Virus record (IMG/VR): IMGVR_UViG_2634166419_000001
Location: 9,824-73,823 of that record
Reading direction: 5' to 3' (one strand)
DNA: 64,000 nt
DNA from: a virus
Lineage: Duplodnaviria; Caudoviricetes
The notes under the pieces were generated by a model that had not been told where the DNA came from, ran no database searches, and saw nothing but the letters and a program-made list of their open reading frames with translations. Position 1 is the first letter of the stretch. Each line of letters opens with the position of its first letter. A program made the position numbers and the translations under genes. Positions 37,955 to 47,705 of the stretch are shown in pieces.

Positions 37955-38625
37955 TGCCAACAGCCGAGTATTACCAAGCGATTAAAATTTTAAACAGCAA
38001 ATACGAAGATAATTGGGGAATTGCGATAGATCTATGCACGGAAAGCGAAAGAAATTTTATTCGCGAAGCAGTTGGAGCATACAATTGCGAAGCTAGTGAC
38101 GCAGTAAGAGTTACGACTTTCAAGAAAAGCAGTAGTGGTGGACTATATCGCAATGGAAATATATTTAGAATCCATCCACAATATAGCGATATGTTAGTCA
38201 GCACGACTGGACAGATTTATTTAATACTAAAAAAGCTAGAAGAGAATCCAGCGAATGCGATTTATCGTATTAAACGATTAGAGCGGTCAAAATATCGTTC
38301 AGAGACAAGAACGAGTATTGTGTATTTAGGAACGTGTCTGATGGTTAATTATTTAGTGTATGACACCTTTGTAGGACGAGAAGACAAAAAAGGTAAAGTA
38401 ATCAATATCGACGGAAATATCAGAAATTGTAGATTGTCTAATTTGAAGATAGAAACACCTTTAGATAAATTCAAGCGTTCTGAATTGTATGAGCATCTAG
38501 ACAAGATTATTGAAATGAGAAAACAGAAAATTACGTTTGAGAAGATGTCGGATATTTTGGGCGTGAATGTACCAGCGCTTAAACATTTTGTACAAAAAGC
38601 GAAAAAGCTAGGAGTGATTGAATGA
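37954..38625 (+). CDS. Degenerate NUMOD4/HNH-like protein
   Basis: VSTTGQI; INIDGNIRNCRLSNL lacks the catalytic His; homolog of 1856-2524. Confidence 0.65.
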   Translation: MPTAEYYQAIKILNSKYEDNWGIAIDLCTESERNFIREAVGAYNCEASDAVRVTTFKKSSSGGLYRNGNIFRIHPQYSDMLVSTTGQIYLILKKLEENPANAIYRIKRLERSKYRSETRTSIVYLGTCLMVNYLVYDTFVGREDKKGKVINIDGNIRNCRLSNLKIETPLDKFKRSELYEHLDKIIEMRKQKITFEKMSDILGVNVPALKHFVQKAKKLGVIE

Positions 38626-38699
38626 TATGGCATATTCAGGTAGTTGATAGTGAAAACAATATAAGACAGCAAGTTGATTTCGAAGGTAGTGAAGAAATA

Positions 38700-38784
38700 A
38701 GCTATCAAGTATGCTCTATTCCCAAGAAGCTCCCACTTCAAGCGTTAAGAACCGTTAGGTTTAGCTAAGTGGTGAGTAGTTCAC
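38700..38784 (+). mobile_element. IS200/IS605-family right-end remnant (omegaRNA 3' part)
   Basis: TTCCCAAGAAGCTCCCACTT...AAGTGGTGAGTAGTTCAC hairpin ending in TCAC; no tnpA or tnpB present. Confidence 0.7.
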
Positions 38785-38809
38785 TTATATCATAAAAGGG
38801 GCGATTTGG

Positions 38810-39223
38810 TTGATGTTATTGCAAGAAGTTGATATTAAGAAAACAAAGACAAATGCACGCAAGACTCTGAAGAATTACAGGCGCTTGGAACGGATAGTTG
38901 GAAGATCTAGCATTGATATTAAGTCGCCGATTATCAGTGATATGCCACGAATTCCAACTCATGGAAATAAAATTGAAGACGCCATTGTACAGTTAGCTGA
39001 TGCAGAATTAGAAATTAATGCAATTATTGCTGCGTTAAAAGCGTTGAGTTTGATTAGTAGGCAAGTGCTTCTATACAGTTTTTGCTCAAAAGAAATGTAC
39101 ACCAACTATAAGATTAGTCAAGAGATGGGCTATTCGGAAAGAAGTATCGAAAGAATGAAAAGCATTGCCTTGGTCGAGTTTGCTGAAGCTTATAGGAATG
39201 GTAAATTAATTGCTTACCGATAA
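38810..39223 (+). CDS. ArpU-family late transcription activator
   Basis: TKTNARKTLKNYRRL...IKSP...ALVEFAEAY. Confidence 0.88.
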   Translation: MMLLQEVDIKKTKTNARKTLKNYRRLERIVGRSSIDIKSPIISDMPRIPTHGNKIEDAIVQLADAELEINAIIAALKALSLISRQVLLYSFCSKEMYTNYKISQEMGYSERSIERMKSIALVEFAEAYRNGKLIAYR

Positions 39224-39226
39224 CTT

Positions 39227-39281
39227 TGGCGGTTTTTTGGCGGAAATATGGCGGTTTTAACCGTAAAATAGGTGTTATTAT
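39227..39281 (+). promoter_or_regulatory. Late promoter with activator-binding repeats
   Basis: TGGCGG x3 at an 11-bp period (39227, 39238, 39249), then extended -10 TGTTATTAT. Confidence 0.65.
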
Positions 39282-39349
39282 GGTATTGTCAGATAGGGAC
39301 GGGAACTACCAACTCGTCCTTTTTATTTTTATCGAGGAAGTGAGGCGGT

Positions 39350-39799
39350 ATGGCGAATGAGGAAAACTTAAACGGGCATGGATTTCATGAACGACCAGCG
39401 AGCGAACAGCGAGAAATTGCTAAAATGGGCGGAATAGCATCAGGAAAAGCCAGAAGGAAAAAAGCCAACCTAAAAAAGGCTTTAAATACCATTTTGACAG
39501 CCGAGGCTACTAACAAGACTGCAGCAGTATTGGAGTCTTTGGGGTTCGAAAATACAAACGAGATGGCCATCATGCTATCTCTGACGCAGCAAGCTTTAAA
39601 AGGTAACGTGCGAGCGATTGAATTAATTAATAAGATGGCCACGAGTGAGAAAGATGAGCTTGATCGCAAAGAACAAAAAGCTCGTATCAAACAGCTTGAG
39701 TTATCAAACAAGGCAGCTGCAGAAGATACAACCGTTAACGATGAGCAGATTATTATCGTTGACGAATGGCAGGAAGATGAGGTGGAAACAGATGGCTAA
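39350..39799 (+). CDS. terS: Terminase small subunit
   Basis: MANEENL...KMGGIASGKARR...ALKGNVRA; directly upstream of terL. Confidence 0.78.
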   Translation: MANEENLNGHGFHERPASEQREIAKMGGIASGKARRKKANLKKALNTILTAEATNKTAAVLESLGFENTNEMAIMLSLTQQALKGNVRAIELINKMATSEKDELDRKEQKARIKQLELSNKAAAEDTTVNDEQIIIVDEWQEDEVETDG

Positions 39800-41135
39800 A
39801 GTTTTCAATGTGCAAAAAAATGTCAACCCTCATTTTAAAAGCGTCTGGAATTCCAAGTATCCTTATAACATCCTAAAAGGTGGCCGGAACTCATTCAAAA
39901 GCTCAGTCATTGCACTGTTGTTAGCTTATAAAATGATACAGTTTACACGTCAAGGACAGGTAGCTAATGTAATCGTCATTCGCAAGGTTGGCAATACTAT
40001 TCGCGACTCCGTTTATAAAAAAATTCATTGGGCTTTAAATATGCTAAACGTTGGCTCACAATTTAAGCCGACTGTATCGCCTTTTAACATCATTCATAAA
40101 AAGACGGGTTCGACCTTTTATTTTTATGGGCTGGATGACTTCCAAAAGCTAAAATCAAACGACGTGTCTAATATCATAGCCGTTTGGTACGAAGAGGCCG
40201 CGGAGTTTAAGAATGAGGAAGAGTTTAACCAAACCAATATCACGTTTATGCGGCAAAAGCATCCTAGACTTAACTATGTGCAGTTTTTCTGGTCTTACAA
40301 TCCTCCACGTAATCCATACAGCTGGATTAACGAATGGGTTGAGAGTTTAGAAGGTGAAAAAGATTATCTGATACACTCATCTAGCTATTTAGACGACGAA
40401 CTCGATTTGATACACGAGCAAACTTATGCGGAAATTGAACGAATTAAACGCAATGACTATGAGTATTATCGGTACTTGTATTTAGGCGAGCCAGTTGGTC
40501 TTGGCACAAACGTATATAATTTGAATCTTTTTAAACAAATAAATGCTATACCAAGCGAAGAACGCATCGTCTATGTATATTTTGCATGCGACTCTGGTCA
40601 CCAACAATCAGCGACAACCTGCCTGTGTTTGGCTTTGACCAACGCAGATAACGTGTATTTGATTGACACTTATTACTATTCTCCTGCAGGTAAGGTTGAC
40701 AAAAAAGCGCCGAGTGAATTATCGCGTGACTTGCACGACTTTGAACAGTCAATGATGAGTCAACCCCTTTTGATAACGCGGAACGTTCGCAAGCGCACCA
40801 TAGATAGCGCTGAGGGAGCTTTGAGAAATCAGTACAAGAAGGACTACCACGTGAAATGGCATCCGGTTAAAAAGAAAAAGAAAATAGTCATGACGGAATT
40901 CGTTCAGTCGCTTTTAGCGGAAGGACGATTTTTTTATTTACCGACCGAAAACAATCTAAAGTTTTTTATCGAAGAGCATAAAAAGTACCAGTGGGACGAG
41001 AAAACTGTCATGAATGATGATCCTCACGTTATCAAAGAGGACGACCATACTTGTGACGCGCTGCAGTATTTCGTGGTCGATAATTTAAAGGACCTTAAGC
41101 TTAAAGATAAGACCGGCGCGAAAATTATGAAGTAA
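39792..41135 (+). CDS. terL: Terminase large subunit (PBSX family)
   Basis: GGRNSFKS, WYEEAAE, SYNPP, DHTCDA; ATG 39792 after GAGGTGG. Confidence 0.93.
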   Translation: MAKVFNVQKNVNPHFKSVWNSKYPYNILKGGRNSFKSSVIALLLAYKMIQFTRQGQVANVIVIRKVGNTIRDSVYKKIHWALNMLNVGSQFKPTVSPFNIIHKKTGSTFYFYGLDDFQKLKSNDVSNIIAVWYEEAAEFKNEEEFNQTNITFMRQKHPRLNYVQFFWSYNPPRNPYSWINEWVESLEGEKDYLIHSSSYLDDELDLIHEQTYAEIERIKRNDYEYYRYLYLGEPVGLGTNVYNLNLFKQINAIPSEERIVYVYFACDSGHQQSATTCLCLALTNADNVYLIDTYYYSPAGKVDKKAPSELSRDLHDFEQSMMSQPLLITRNVRKRTIDSAEGALRNQYKKDYHVKWHPVKKKKKIVMTEFVQSLLAEGRFFYLPTENNLKFFIEEHKKYQWDEKTVMNDDPHVIKEDDHTCDALQYFVVDNLKDLKLKDKTGAKIMK

Positions 41136-41148
41136 AGGAGGCTATCGC

Positions 41149-42186
41149 TTGTTAACTTATGAAGATTACTATTCTTGCGCGGAAAATGTGAAGCAGCATG
41201 CGCAGTTTGAGAAGTTTTTAGAGTCTGCCGTGTTTGATAGAAAAAAACGCGAGACTTTTTACGATAAACTGCACGAGCGCTTAGTTGATAATGGCATCTA
41301 TAGTGCAGGCATTGACACGTTTAAGCCTTACTTTGAGGAGTATGCCGCCGAGCGCAAGACCAACAAGCAAGACTATACACCTGATGCCGTGGCTAAGTTA
41401 GTCGCGACTTTAACGCAGACCGAAGCTACTGGCAAATTTAGCGCTTATGACCCTGCAGCAGGGACAGGCGCTTTAATTATCAGTAAATGGTATGACGACC
41501 GATTGCAAGAGAGTCCTTTTAGTTACGCGCCGCATCGTTACTTGTATTGCTGCGAAGAGTTAGCCGATAACGCGATACCTTACTTGTTGCACAATCTAGC
41601 TTATCGAGGCATGAATTGCATCGTGATACACGGTGACAGTTTGGCGCGTAAGGCTAAACAAGTGTATTTCGTGCAAAACAGCAAGGACGATTACCTAGCC
41701 TACTCTGATATTAATGTGCTGCCACACAGCGACGACGTGATGCGTGAGTTTAACATTAAAGAGTGGGAAGAGGAAGCTATCAAGCATATCGAGTCCCAAG
41801 AAGTAAGAGCACAGTACGCGTTACCGATGAAGAAAAAGATGCGCGAAGTAAATACTATCCCGCAATTAGTTGAGCGCCCAAAAGCTTGGTGGGTAAATCG
41901 GCCTCGACTGAAAAACATTGCGACGGTGGAACGCGCACAGAAAGACAAGATTTACCCAAAACACTCAATCGTGATACAAATCTCAGCGACTCGCGGTCAA
42001 GTGGGTTTGCTGAAATCCAGTGGTAAGGTTGGCAGTCAATACGCGGTCATTTATGACACGATACCGGACTCAAGGTGGCTATTCTTTTACCTTAAGACTT
42101 TAGCGCCTTGGTGGTTTCATCGCGTACAGGAGGGCTTAAATATTAAACTTGAGGACGTGGCCAACATCCCACTACACTACTTTTAA
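41149..42186 (+). CDS. HsdM-like N-6 methylase-family protein with a C-terminal specificity-like domain
   Basis: QDYTP (motif X), YDPAAGTG (motif I) and HGDSL; no NPPF/Y motif IV found. Confidence 0.75.
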   Translation: MLTYEDYYSCAENVKQHAQFEKFLESAVFDRKKRETFYDKLHERLVDNGIYSAGIDTFKPYFEEYAAERKTNKQDYTPDAVAKLVATLTQTEATGKFSAYDPAAGTGALIISKWYDDRLQESPFSYAPHRYLYCCEELADNAIPYLLHNLAYRGMNCIVIHGDSLARKAKQVYFVQNSKDDYLAYSDINVLPHSDDVMREFNIKEWEEEAIKHIESQEVRAQYALPMKKKMREVNTIPQLVERPKAWWVNRPRLKNIATVERAQKDKIYPKHSIVIQISATRGQVGLLKSSGKVGSQYAVIYDTIPDSRWLFFYLKTLAPWWFHRVQEGLNIKLEDVANIPLHYF

Positions 42187-42204
42187 ACGAGAGGAGGTTA
42201 ACAA

Positions 42205-43620
42205 ATGGAACTAGCAACTGCAAGAAAATTAATTAAAAAGTTGGAAAATAAGGCAGCGGAAAAGCAAGCAGCTATTCAGCAAGCTGAGCGCTATTACGCT
42301 AATCAGAACGACATCCTGTTTAAAAAGGACACTCGCACGGACAAAAACGACAACCCCTTGCGAACGGCTGACAATCGCTTATCGCATGCGTGGTATAGCT
42401 TACTTGTCGACCAAAAAGCGAGTTATGTGGCTGGTTATCCGCCAACCTTTGACCTGGGACGCGACGATTTAAATGACAAAGTTAAAAGCTATCTAGGCGA
42501 TAACTTCACACGATTATTTAGGCAGCTGGTTGTTAACGCATCTAATGCCGGTATCGCTTGGCTACATCCTTACCGTGACACAGATGACGTTATCAGGTTG
42601 GCCGTGGTGGATGCCGCACAGATTATCCCGATTTACGAGCCAGGTTTTAAAGCTAATAAACTGGCCGGATTTTGGTGGATTTATGACAGCTATGATGACA
42701 ATGCTGACGAGATTACCGTGTTTGAGTTTTGGGACGATGAGAAATGTACAAGTTTCTACATCGAAAAAGGCGAAACGCACGATTTGGATAGCAGCCTTAA
42801 AACCTATGACATTTTCCGCTTGATTGACCTTAGCACGCGTGAAAATATTGGCATGACCAACGAATACGCGCACGGTTTTGGCTGCGTGCCACTGTTTGCC
42901 TTTAGAAATAACCCACAAGAGTCCGTTGACCTGGATAAGGTTAAACAGCAAATCGACGTTTACGATAAGGTCATGAGTGGTTTTGTCAACGATGCAGACG
43001 ACGTGCAAGAAATTATCTTTGTCTTAACCAATTACGGCGGCGAAGATAAAAACGAGTTTTTAACAGACTTGAAACGCTATAAGATGATACAGCTGGAAAG
43101 CGACGAAGAAAGCAAAGGCGAGCTGAACACGTTGGCTATCGACATCCCAGTTGAAGCGCGTAGTAAGATTTTAGAGATTACGCGCGAGGCTATTTTTGTG
43201 CTTGGTCAAGGCGTGGACCCTCAAAAAAATATAGGGACTAACAACAGCGGCGTGGCATTAAAGCAGATGTATGCCTTGTTAGAGTTAAAAGTATCGGCTT
43301 TGGAGGCAGAGTTTCGTGCTGGCTTTAACGAATTACTGCGATTTATTTTAAGTCAAATCGGTGCACCTGCTGATACGATCATTACGCAGACCTGGACACG
43401 TACGCTGATCAGCAATGACGCGGAAATGGCTGATATTATTAGCAAATTGGCAAGTGTCACCTCGCGTGAAAATATCGCGAAAAGTAATCCGATTGTTGAG
43501 GACCCAGAAGAAGAGCTGGAAAACTTGGCCAGAGAAAAACAAGAGGACTATCAAATGGCGGACGGTTACCGCACTGACGCTGAGATAGAAATCGACGAAG
43601 AAGAAAGTAGTGACGAATAA
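42205..43620 (+). CDS. Portal protein (SPP1 family)
   Basis: LLVDQKASY, VPLFAFRNN, SGVALK. Confidence 0.92.
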   Translation: MELATARKLIKKLENKAAEKQAAIQQAERYYANQNDILFKKDTRTDKNDNPLRTADNRLSHAWYSLLVDQKASYVAGYPPTFDLGRDDLNDKVKSYLGDNFTRLFRQLVVNASNAGIAWLHPYRDTDDVIRLAVVDAAQIIPIYEPGFKANKLAGFWWIYDSYDDNADEITVFEFWDDEKCTSFYIEKGETHDLDSSLKTYDIFRLIDLSTRENIGMTNEYAHGFGCVPLFAFRNNPQESVDLDKVKQQIDVYDKVMSGFVNDADDVQEIIFVLTNYGGEDKNEFLTDLKRYKMIQLESDEESKGELNTLAIDIPVEARSKILEITREAIFVLGQGVDPQKNIGTNNSGVALKQMYALLELKVSALEAEFRAGFNELLRFILSQIGAPADTIITQTWTRTLISNDAEMADIISKLASVTSRENIAKSNPIVEDPEEELENLAREKQEDYQMADGYRTDAEIEIDEEESSDE

Positions 43621-44627
43621 TGGCCACGTATTTTGAAAAGCGTATGAACCGCCTCGCTTTAAGACGCGAGAAACAAATCGACGACTACTTGTCCGCTTTT
43701 GCACGCAGGCAAGTGAGCCTTGAAAACTCAATCCAAGCTGAAATTGACCGTTTTATCGAGCGTTACGCAGATAAAAGTGGACTGGACATAGAAGACGCAG
43801 AAAAGCTTTTGAGTAAGCAGGAGCAAGCAAATTGGTCCATAACGTTGGCAGAGTTTCGCGAAAAAGCGATTAAAGGCGGTTATCAAGACGAGCTTGATTT
43901 AAGCTATTTTAAAAGCCGTGTGAGTCGTTTACAGCGACTAAAGGGACAAATATACCTGTTAGGGGCTAAACAAGCTGTGAGCGAGCGTGAGAGCCTTTTA
44001 GACTACCTTGCACGCTTTGGACATGAGAGCTTTTATCGGCTACTCTACGAAATCACGGATAAAGGTGCGGTCGACTTATATATTGACTGGGGCAAGTTTA
44101 ACCTGACTTACTTTAAACGTGTGGCGTCGTATCAGTGGAAAGGCTCTGATTTTAGCAAGCGTATCTGGCATAACTACACTAAAGAAATACCCGAACGCGT
44201 TTCTCGAGCGCTAACTTTAGGCGCGGTGCACGGTTGGGGCGTGGACGAAATGAAACAAGAGGCGTTTAAAGGTGTAACCAATGTAACTAAGTATCGTATG
44301 TACACTTTAATTCAAACAGAAGCTGCCCACGTTGCGGAAATGGCTGCAGCGGACACCTACAAAGAGGCAGGCATTGAGCGCTGGCGCTGGCGAGCGACTT
44401 TAGAAGTGCATACTTGCGACAGGTGTGCTAGCTTAGACGGCCAAACGTTTGATGTAGATGGTAACCAAGCACCTCCGCCAAGTGCGCATCCGAATTGTCG
44501 GTGTTTTAGCGAGCCAGTTATAGACGGTTGGGAGCCAGCCAAGCGCTGGAGCCGTGACCCTGTGACTGGTAAAGGCGAGTTTGTCAGTAATTTAACTTTT
44601 AAAGAGTGGAGGGACCAAGTCGCGTGA
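43620..44627 (+). CDS. Minor capsid protein (SPP1 gp7 / MuF)
   Basis: ATLEVHTCDRCASLDG...HPNCRC. Confidence 0.9.
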   Translation: MATYFEKRMNRLALRREKQIDDYLSAFARRQVSLENSIQAEIDRFIERYADKSGLDIEDAEKLLSKQEQANWSITLAEFREKAIKGGYQDELDLSYFKSRVSRLQRLKGQIYLLGAKQAVSERESLLDYLARFGHESFYRLLYEITDKGAVDLYIDWGKFNLTYFKRVASYQWKGSDFSKRIWHNYTKEIPERVSRALTLGAVHGWGVDEMKQEAFKGVTNVTKYRMYTLIQTEAAHVAEMAAADTYKEAGIERWRWRATLEVHTCDRCASLDGQTFDVDGNQAPPPSAHPNCRCFSEPVIDGWEPAKRWSRDPVTGKGEFVSNLTFKEWRDQVA

Positions 44628-44767
44628 TACTTTTAAAAATTTTAATGTATGCCGCGCTAGTCTGTGTAACGGCGCCATGCGTGGTGTTTTTAGTCGGTAT
44701 AAGTGCAGTCTTGTGCTCTACGATTATCAGGGCAGCAATTGACTGGATAAAGGATGATTTTATTTAA
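44624..44767 (+). CDS. Small single-TM protein (not in the ORF track)
   Basis: GGAGG RBS; GTGA overlap; hydrophobic 47 aa. Confidence 0.4.
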   Translation: MILLKILMYAALVCVTAPCVVFLVGISAVLCSTIIRAAIDWIKDDFI

Positions 44768-44772
44768 AAATT

Positions 44773-44808
44773 TAGAGCGTATCTCAAGCAGATAGGCTCT
44801 ATTTTTTA
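44773..44808 (+). terminator. Terminator before the scaffold gene
   Basis: TAGAGCGTATCT...AGATAGGCTCTA followed by a T-run. Confidence 0.6.
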
Positions 44809-44893
44809 TACACTCGACCCGGTCACGTCGTAAAACTGAGACCTAATCCAATCGAGGTCGTTACTCGTAAAAATAACGTAAGGAGGAAAAATT

Positions 44894-45475
44894 ATGAAAC
44901 GAGAAGATTTAGAAGCATTAGGTTTAGAAAAAGAAGTCGTCGATAAAGTGATGGGCTTATATGGTCAATCCGTTAACCAGCTTAAAACGGATTTAGAAAC
45001 AGAAAAAGCTAAAAATGCAGGACTGGAAAAGGATATTAAAGAACGCGACAAAGCCTTGAACGAGCTACAAAGCAAGAACAAGGATAACGCAGACTTATCT
45101 GAAAAGCTGGCAGACCTGCAAGCAACTTACGCTGACTTAAAGAAACAATCCATGCAAGAAATCGAAAATCTCAAACGTGACAATGCAATCGCCGCAGCAT
45201 TAGCAGAGGCGAAAGCAAAAGACCCAGCCTTAGTGGCCAAGTCTTTAGATTTAGAATTAATCAAGCTAAACACAGACGGCACGGTGGCTGGATTAAAAGA
45301 ACAAGTGGAACAATTAAAAACCACACACGCGTATCTGTTTGATATGGGCACGGGCGCAGCTGCAGATAACAGTCGTGAACGTAAAACACCTCAGTTTTCG
45401 AGCGACTTAGCTACGGCTATGGCCTCAAAAGATTTTAATCTTACAGAATACGTACAGCATTTACAACAACAATAG
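44894..45475 (+). CDS. Capsid scaffolding protein (GP20 family)
   Basis: MKREDLEALGL...GLKEQVEQLKTTHAYLF. Confidence 0.88.
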   Translation: MKREDLEALGLEKEVVDKVMGLYGQSVNQLKTDLETEKAKNAGLEKDIKERDKALNELQSKNKDNADLSEKLADLQATYADLKKQSMQEIENLKRDNAIAAALAEAKAKDPALVAKSLDLELIKLNTDGTVAGLKEQVEQLKTTHAYLFDMGTGAAADNSRERKTPQFSSDLATAMASKDFNLTEYVQHLQQQ

Positions 45476-45488
45476 GAGATGATTAAGA

Positions 45489-46496
45489 ATGGCAGATGAA
45501 TTAACTAAAGTAATTGACGTGATTACGCCTGAGCTGTACACGGACTACATGAACATTTTTACAAAAGAAAAATCGGCTCTTTTACAATCTGGTGCAGCCG
45601 TAGCAGATAGCACTGTATCAGAAAACATTTCAGCAGGCGGCTTATTAGTAAATATGCCAATGTGGAACGACTTAAACGGAGAAGATGAAGTCATTGACGA
45701 CGGCGCAAAAGGCTTAACGACTGGCAAGATTGTAGCGAGTGCCGACATTGCAGCGGTTATGTACCGTGGGAAAGGTTGGTCAGTTAACGAGTTAGCTGGA
45801 CAAATTGCAGGAAGCGACCCACTACAAGCCTTAATGACTAAAATCGGGACTTATTGGTTACGCCGTGAGCAACAAGTGTTTATCAGCGTATTAAATGGTT
45901 TGTTTGCTGCAGCAAATAGCGGCTCAAGCACACCAGCTGGAGTATTAAACGGCAGCCACTTGTTAGATAAAAAAGGCTCTAACATTGATAAATATACAAT
46001 TTTAGATGCCAAGCAATTGCTAGGAGATGCAGCGGACCAATTATCCATGATTGTCATGCACTCAGCTATCTATACAAGTTTGCAAAAATTAGAGCTTATC
46101 GACTACATCCAACCTAGCCAAGGCGGTCAACGCATCCCTACTTATCAAGGCTATCGCGTGGTCGTTGATGATGGCGTGCCAAGTTATGGCTCTGGCGCGG
46201 CGAAATATTACACGACTTACTTATTTGCTGAGGGCTCTATTGGTCGTAACACTGGTACACCAGGGCGCTTGACAATGTTTGAGACAGCTCGTGATGCAGC
46301 TAAAGGTAACAATAATATCTTTACCCGTCGTGCGTTCACAATGCACCCTTATGGCGTTAAATTTACCAACGTGGATCGCGAGGCTGGATTTATCACGCCA
46401 ACCAACAAAGACTTGGCCAACCCTAAAAACTGGGAAAAGGTTTACGAAGATAAAAATATCGGTATTGTGGCTCTTTGGTGCAAACCTTTAGCGTAG
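45489..46496 (+). CDS. Major capsid protein
   Basis: TKVIDVITPE...MHSAIY...RVVVDDG...HPYG...NWEKVY. Confidence 0.9.
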   Translation: MADELTKVIDVITPELYTDYMNIFTKEKSALLQSGAAVADSTVSENISAGGLLVNMPMWNDLNGEDEVIDDGAKGLTTGKIVASADIAAVMYRGKGWSVNELAGQIAGSDPLQALMTKIGTYWLRREQQVFISVLNGLFAAANSGSSTPAGVLNGSHLLDKKGSNIDKYTILDAKQLLGDAADQLSMIVMHSAIYTSLQKLELIDYIQPSQGGQRIPTYQGYRVVVDDGVPSYGSGAAKYYTTYLFAEGSIGRNTGTPGRLTMFETARDAAKGNNNIFTRRAFTMHPYGVKFTNVDREAGFITPTNKDLANPKNWEKVYEDKNIGIVALWCKPLA

Positions 46497-46499
46497 GCG

Positions 46500-46883
46500 G
46501 TGGTCGACATGATGACCGCTGAACAAAAGCAAGCCATGACCGATACACTGACTAAGTTAGTCAGCCCTGAGATTGATGAGTTTCGTGTGACATTTATTTT
46601 AAACGCAGTAGTGGACTACATTTTAAACTACTGCCATTTAGACGAGTTGCCGGACAAACTGGTTAACGTGGCGATTTTGATGGCGACAGATGCGCTGATT
46701 GATTTAAATCTGCAAACCAACGCACCTGACCAGTTAGGCGAGGCTAAGAGCTTAACTGAGGGCGACTTTACCATACAAGCCTTTACCTTGGCTGACATGA
46801 CCGCAGCTATGGCAGGCTTGTCGAGTAAGTCGTATCTCAAAAAGTACTATAAGCAGCTGAACGCATGCCGGAAATTACCTTAG
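46500..46883 (+). CDS. Head-tail connector
   Basis: ILNYCHLDELP...SLTEGD. Confidence 0.75.
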   Translation: MVDMMTAEQKQAMTDTLTKLVSPEIDEFRVTFILNAVVDYILNYCHLDELPDKLVNVAILMATDALIDLNLQTNAPDQLGEAKSLTEGDFTIQAFTLADMTAAMAGLSSKSYLKKYYKQLNACRKLP

Positions 46884-46886
46884 GAG

Positions 46887-47285
46887 GTGGTCGTCATGGG
46901 TTTTTACGACCACGCGAGGGATATTTTTGAGCGACAGTACAATTGCACTTTTAAGCTGTTTAACTTGCAGACGGTAACTAAGGAGTCGGACAGTCCTTTT
47001 GATGATCCGTATGACGTAAGTGAGTGGGTTGAGGTCTTAAGCGACCAACCTTGTCGGATTAGTATGCGCACGCAGTCAGGACCAGCAGAGGTTAAACAGC
47101 CTTATGCTGAGGCTGACTTGGTCCCTTATCTGTATTGCTCGCCACTGGTTGACATTGCCGCAGGTAGCCGCGTAGAAGTGACAGACGTGCATGGACATGT
47201 AACCTTGTACGAGCTAAGCGGCTTGCCACTCAATCATTACGTGACGCATCAAGAGATACAGCTGCGAAAGGTGGTTAAAGCATGA
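46887..47285 (+). CDS. Head closure protein
   Basis: PCRIS...IAAGSRVEV...YVTHQEI. Confidence 0.7.
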   Translation: MVVMGFYDHARDIFERQYNCTFKLFNLQTVTKESDSPFDDPYDVSEWVEVLSDQPCRISMRTQSGPAEVKQPYAEADLVPYLYCSPLVDIAAGSRVEVTDVHGHVTLYELSGLPLNHYVTHQEIQLRKVVKA

Positions 47286-47701
47286 CTTTTGATTATTCCG
47301 AGATTAAAGAATTTGCTAACCACCTCAGCGCGGTTAAGTTTTCCAGCGACGAGTTTAAGTTAGACGCAGGTAAGACAATCGGCGCCATGATGAACGCGAG
47401 CCTTAAAAGTCTGACCCCTGTTGGCCAGTATCCTGAGGGCAGCGGAAAACAGGGCGGAACGTTAAGGCGTGGCTGGTTTAAATGCCCAACCGTGTTGCAA
47501 GGCTTAGATGTAATAGTCGAGTCACAAAACAACACGTATTATGGGCCTTTCGTCAATTACGGTCACCGCACACGAGGCGGAAAGGGCTGGGTCGAGGGTC
47601 AGTTTTTTGTTGAGAAAGCCTTGGCAGACATAGATAGTAACGTAGACCCTATCTTAGAGGCGCGATACATGGCTTATCTTGAGGAGTTAATGGGAGGCTA
47701 G
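47282..47701 (+). CDS. HK97 gp10-like neck protein
   Basis: TPVG...GTLRRGW...FVNYGHR...WVEG. Confidence 0.85.
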   Translation: MTFDYSEIKEFANHLSAVKFSSDEFKLDAGKTIGAMMNASLKSLTPVGQYPEGSGKQGGTLRRGWFKCPTVLQGLDVIVESQNNTYYGPFVNYGHRTRGGKGWVEGQFFVEKALADIDSNVDPILEARYMAYLEELMGG

Positions 47702-47705
47702 GCGG

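Noticed and set aside
39645-39791. N-terminal extension of terL in the ORF track
   Set aside because: It overlaps terS; the RBS supports a start at ATG 39792.
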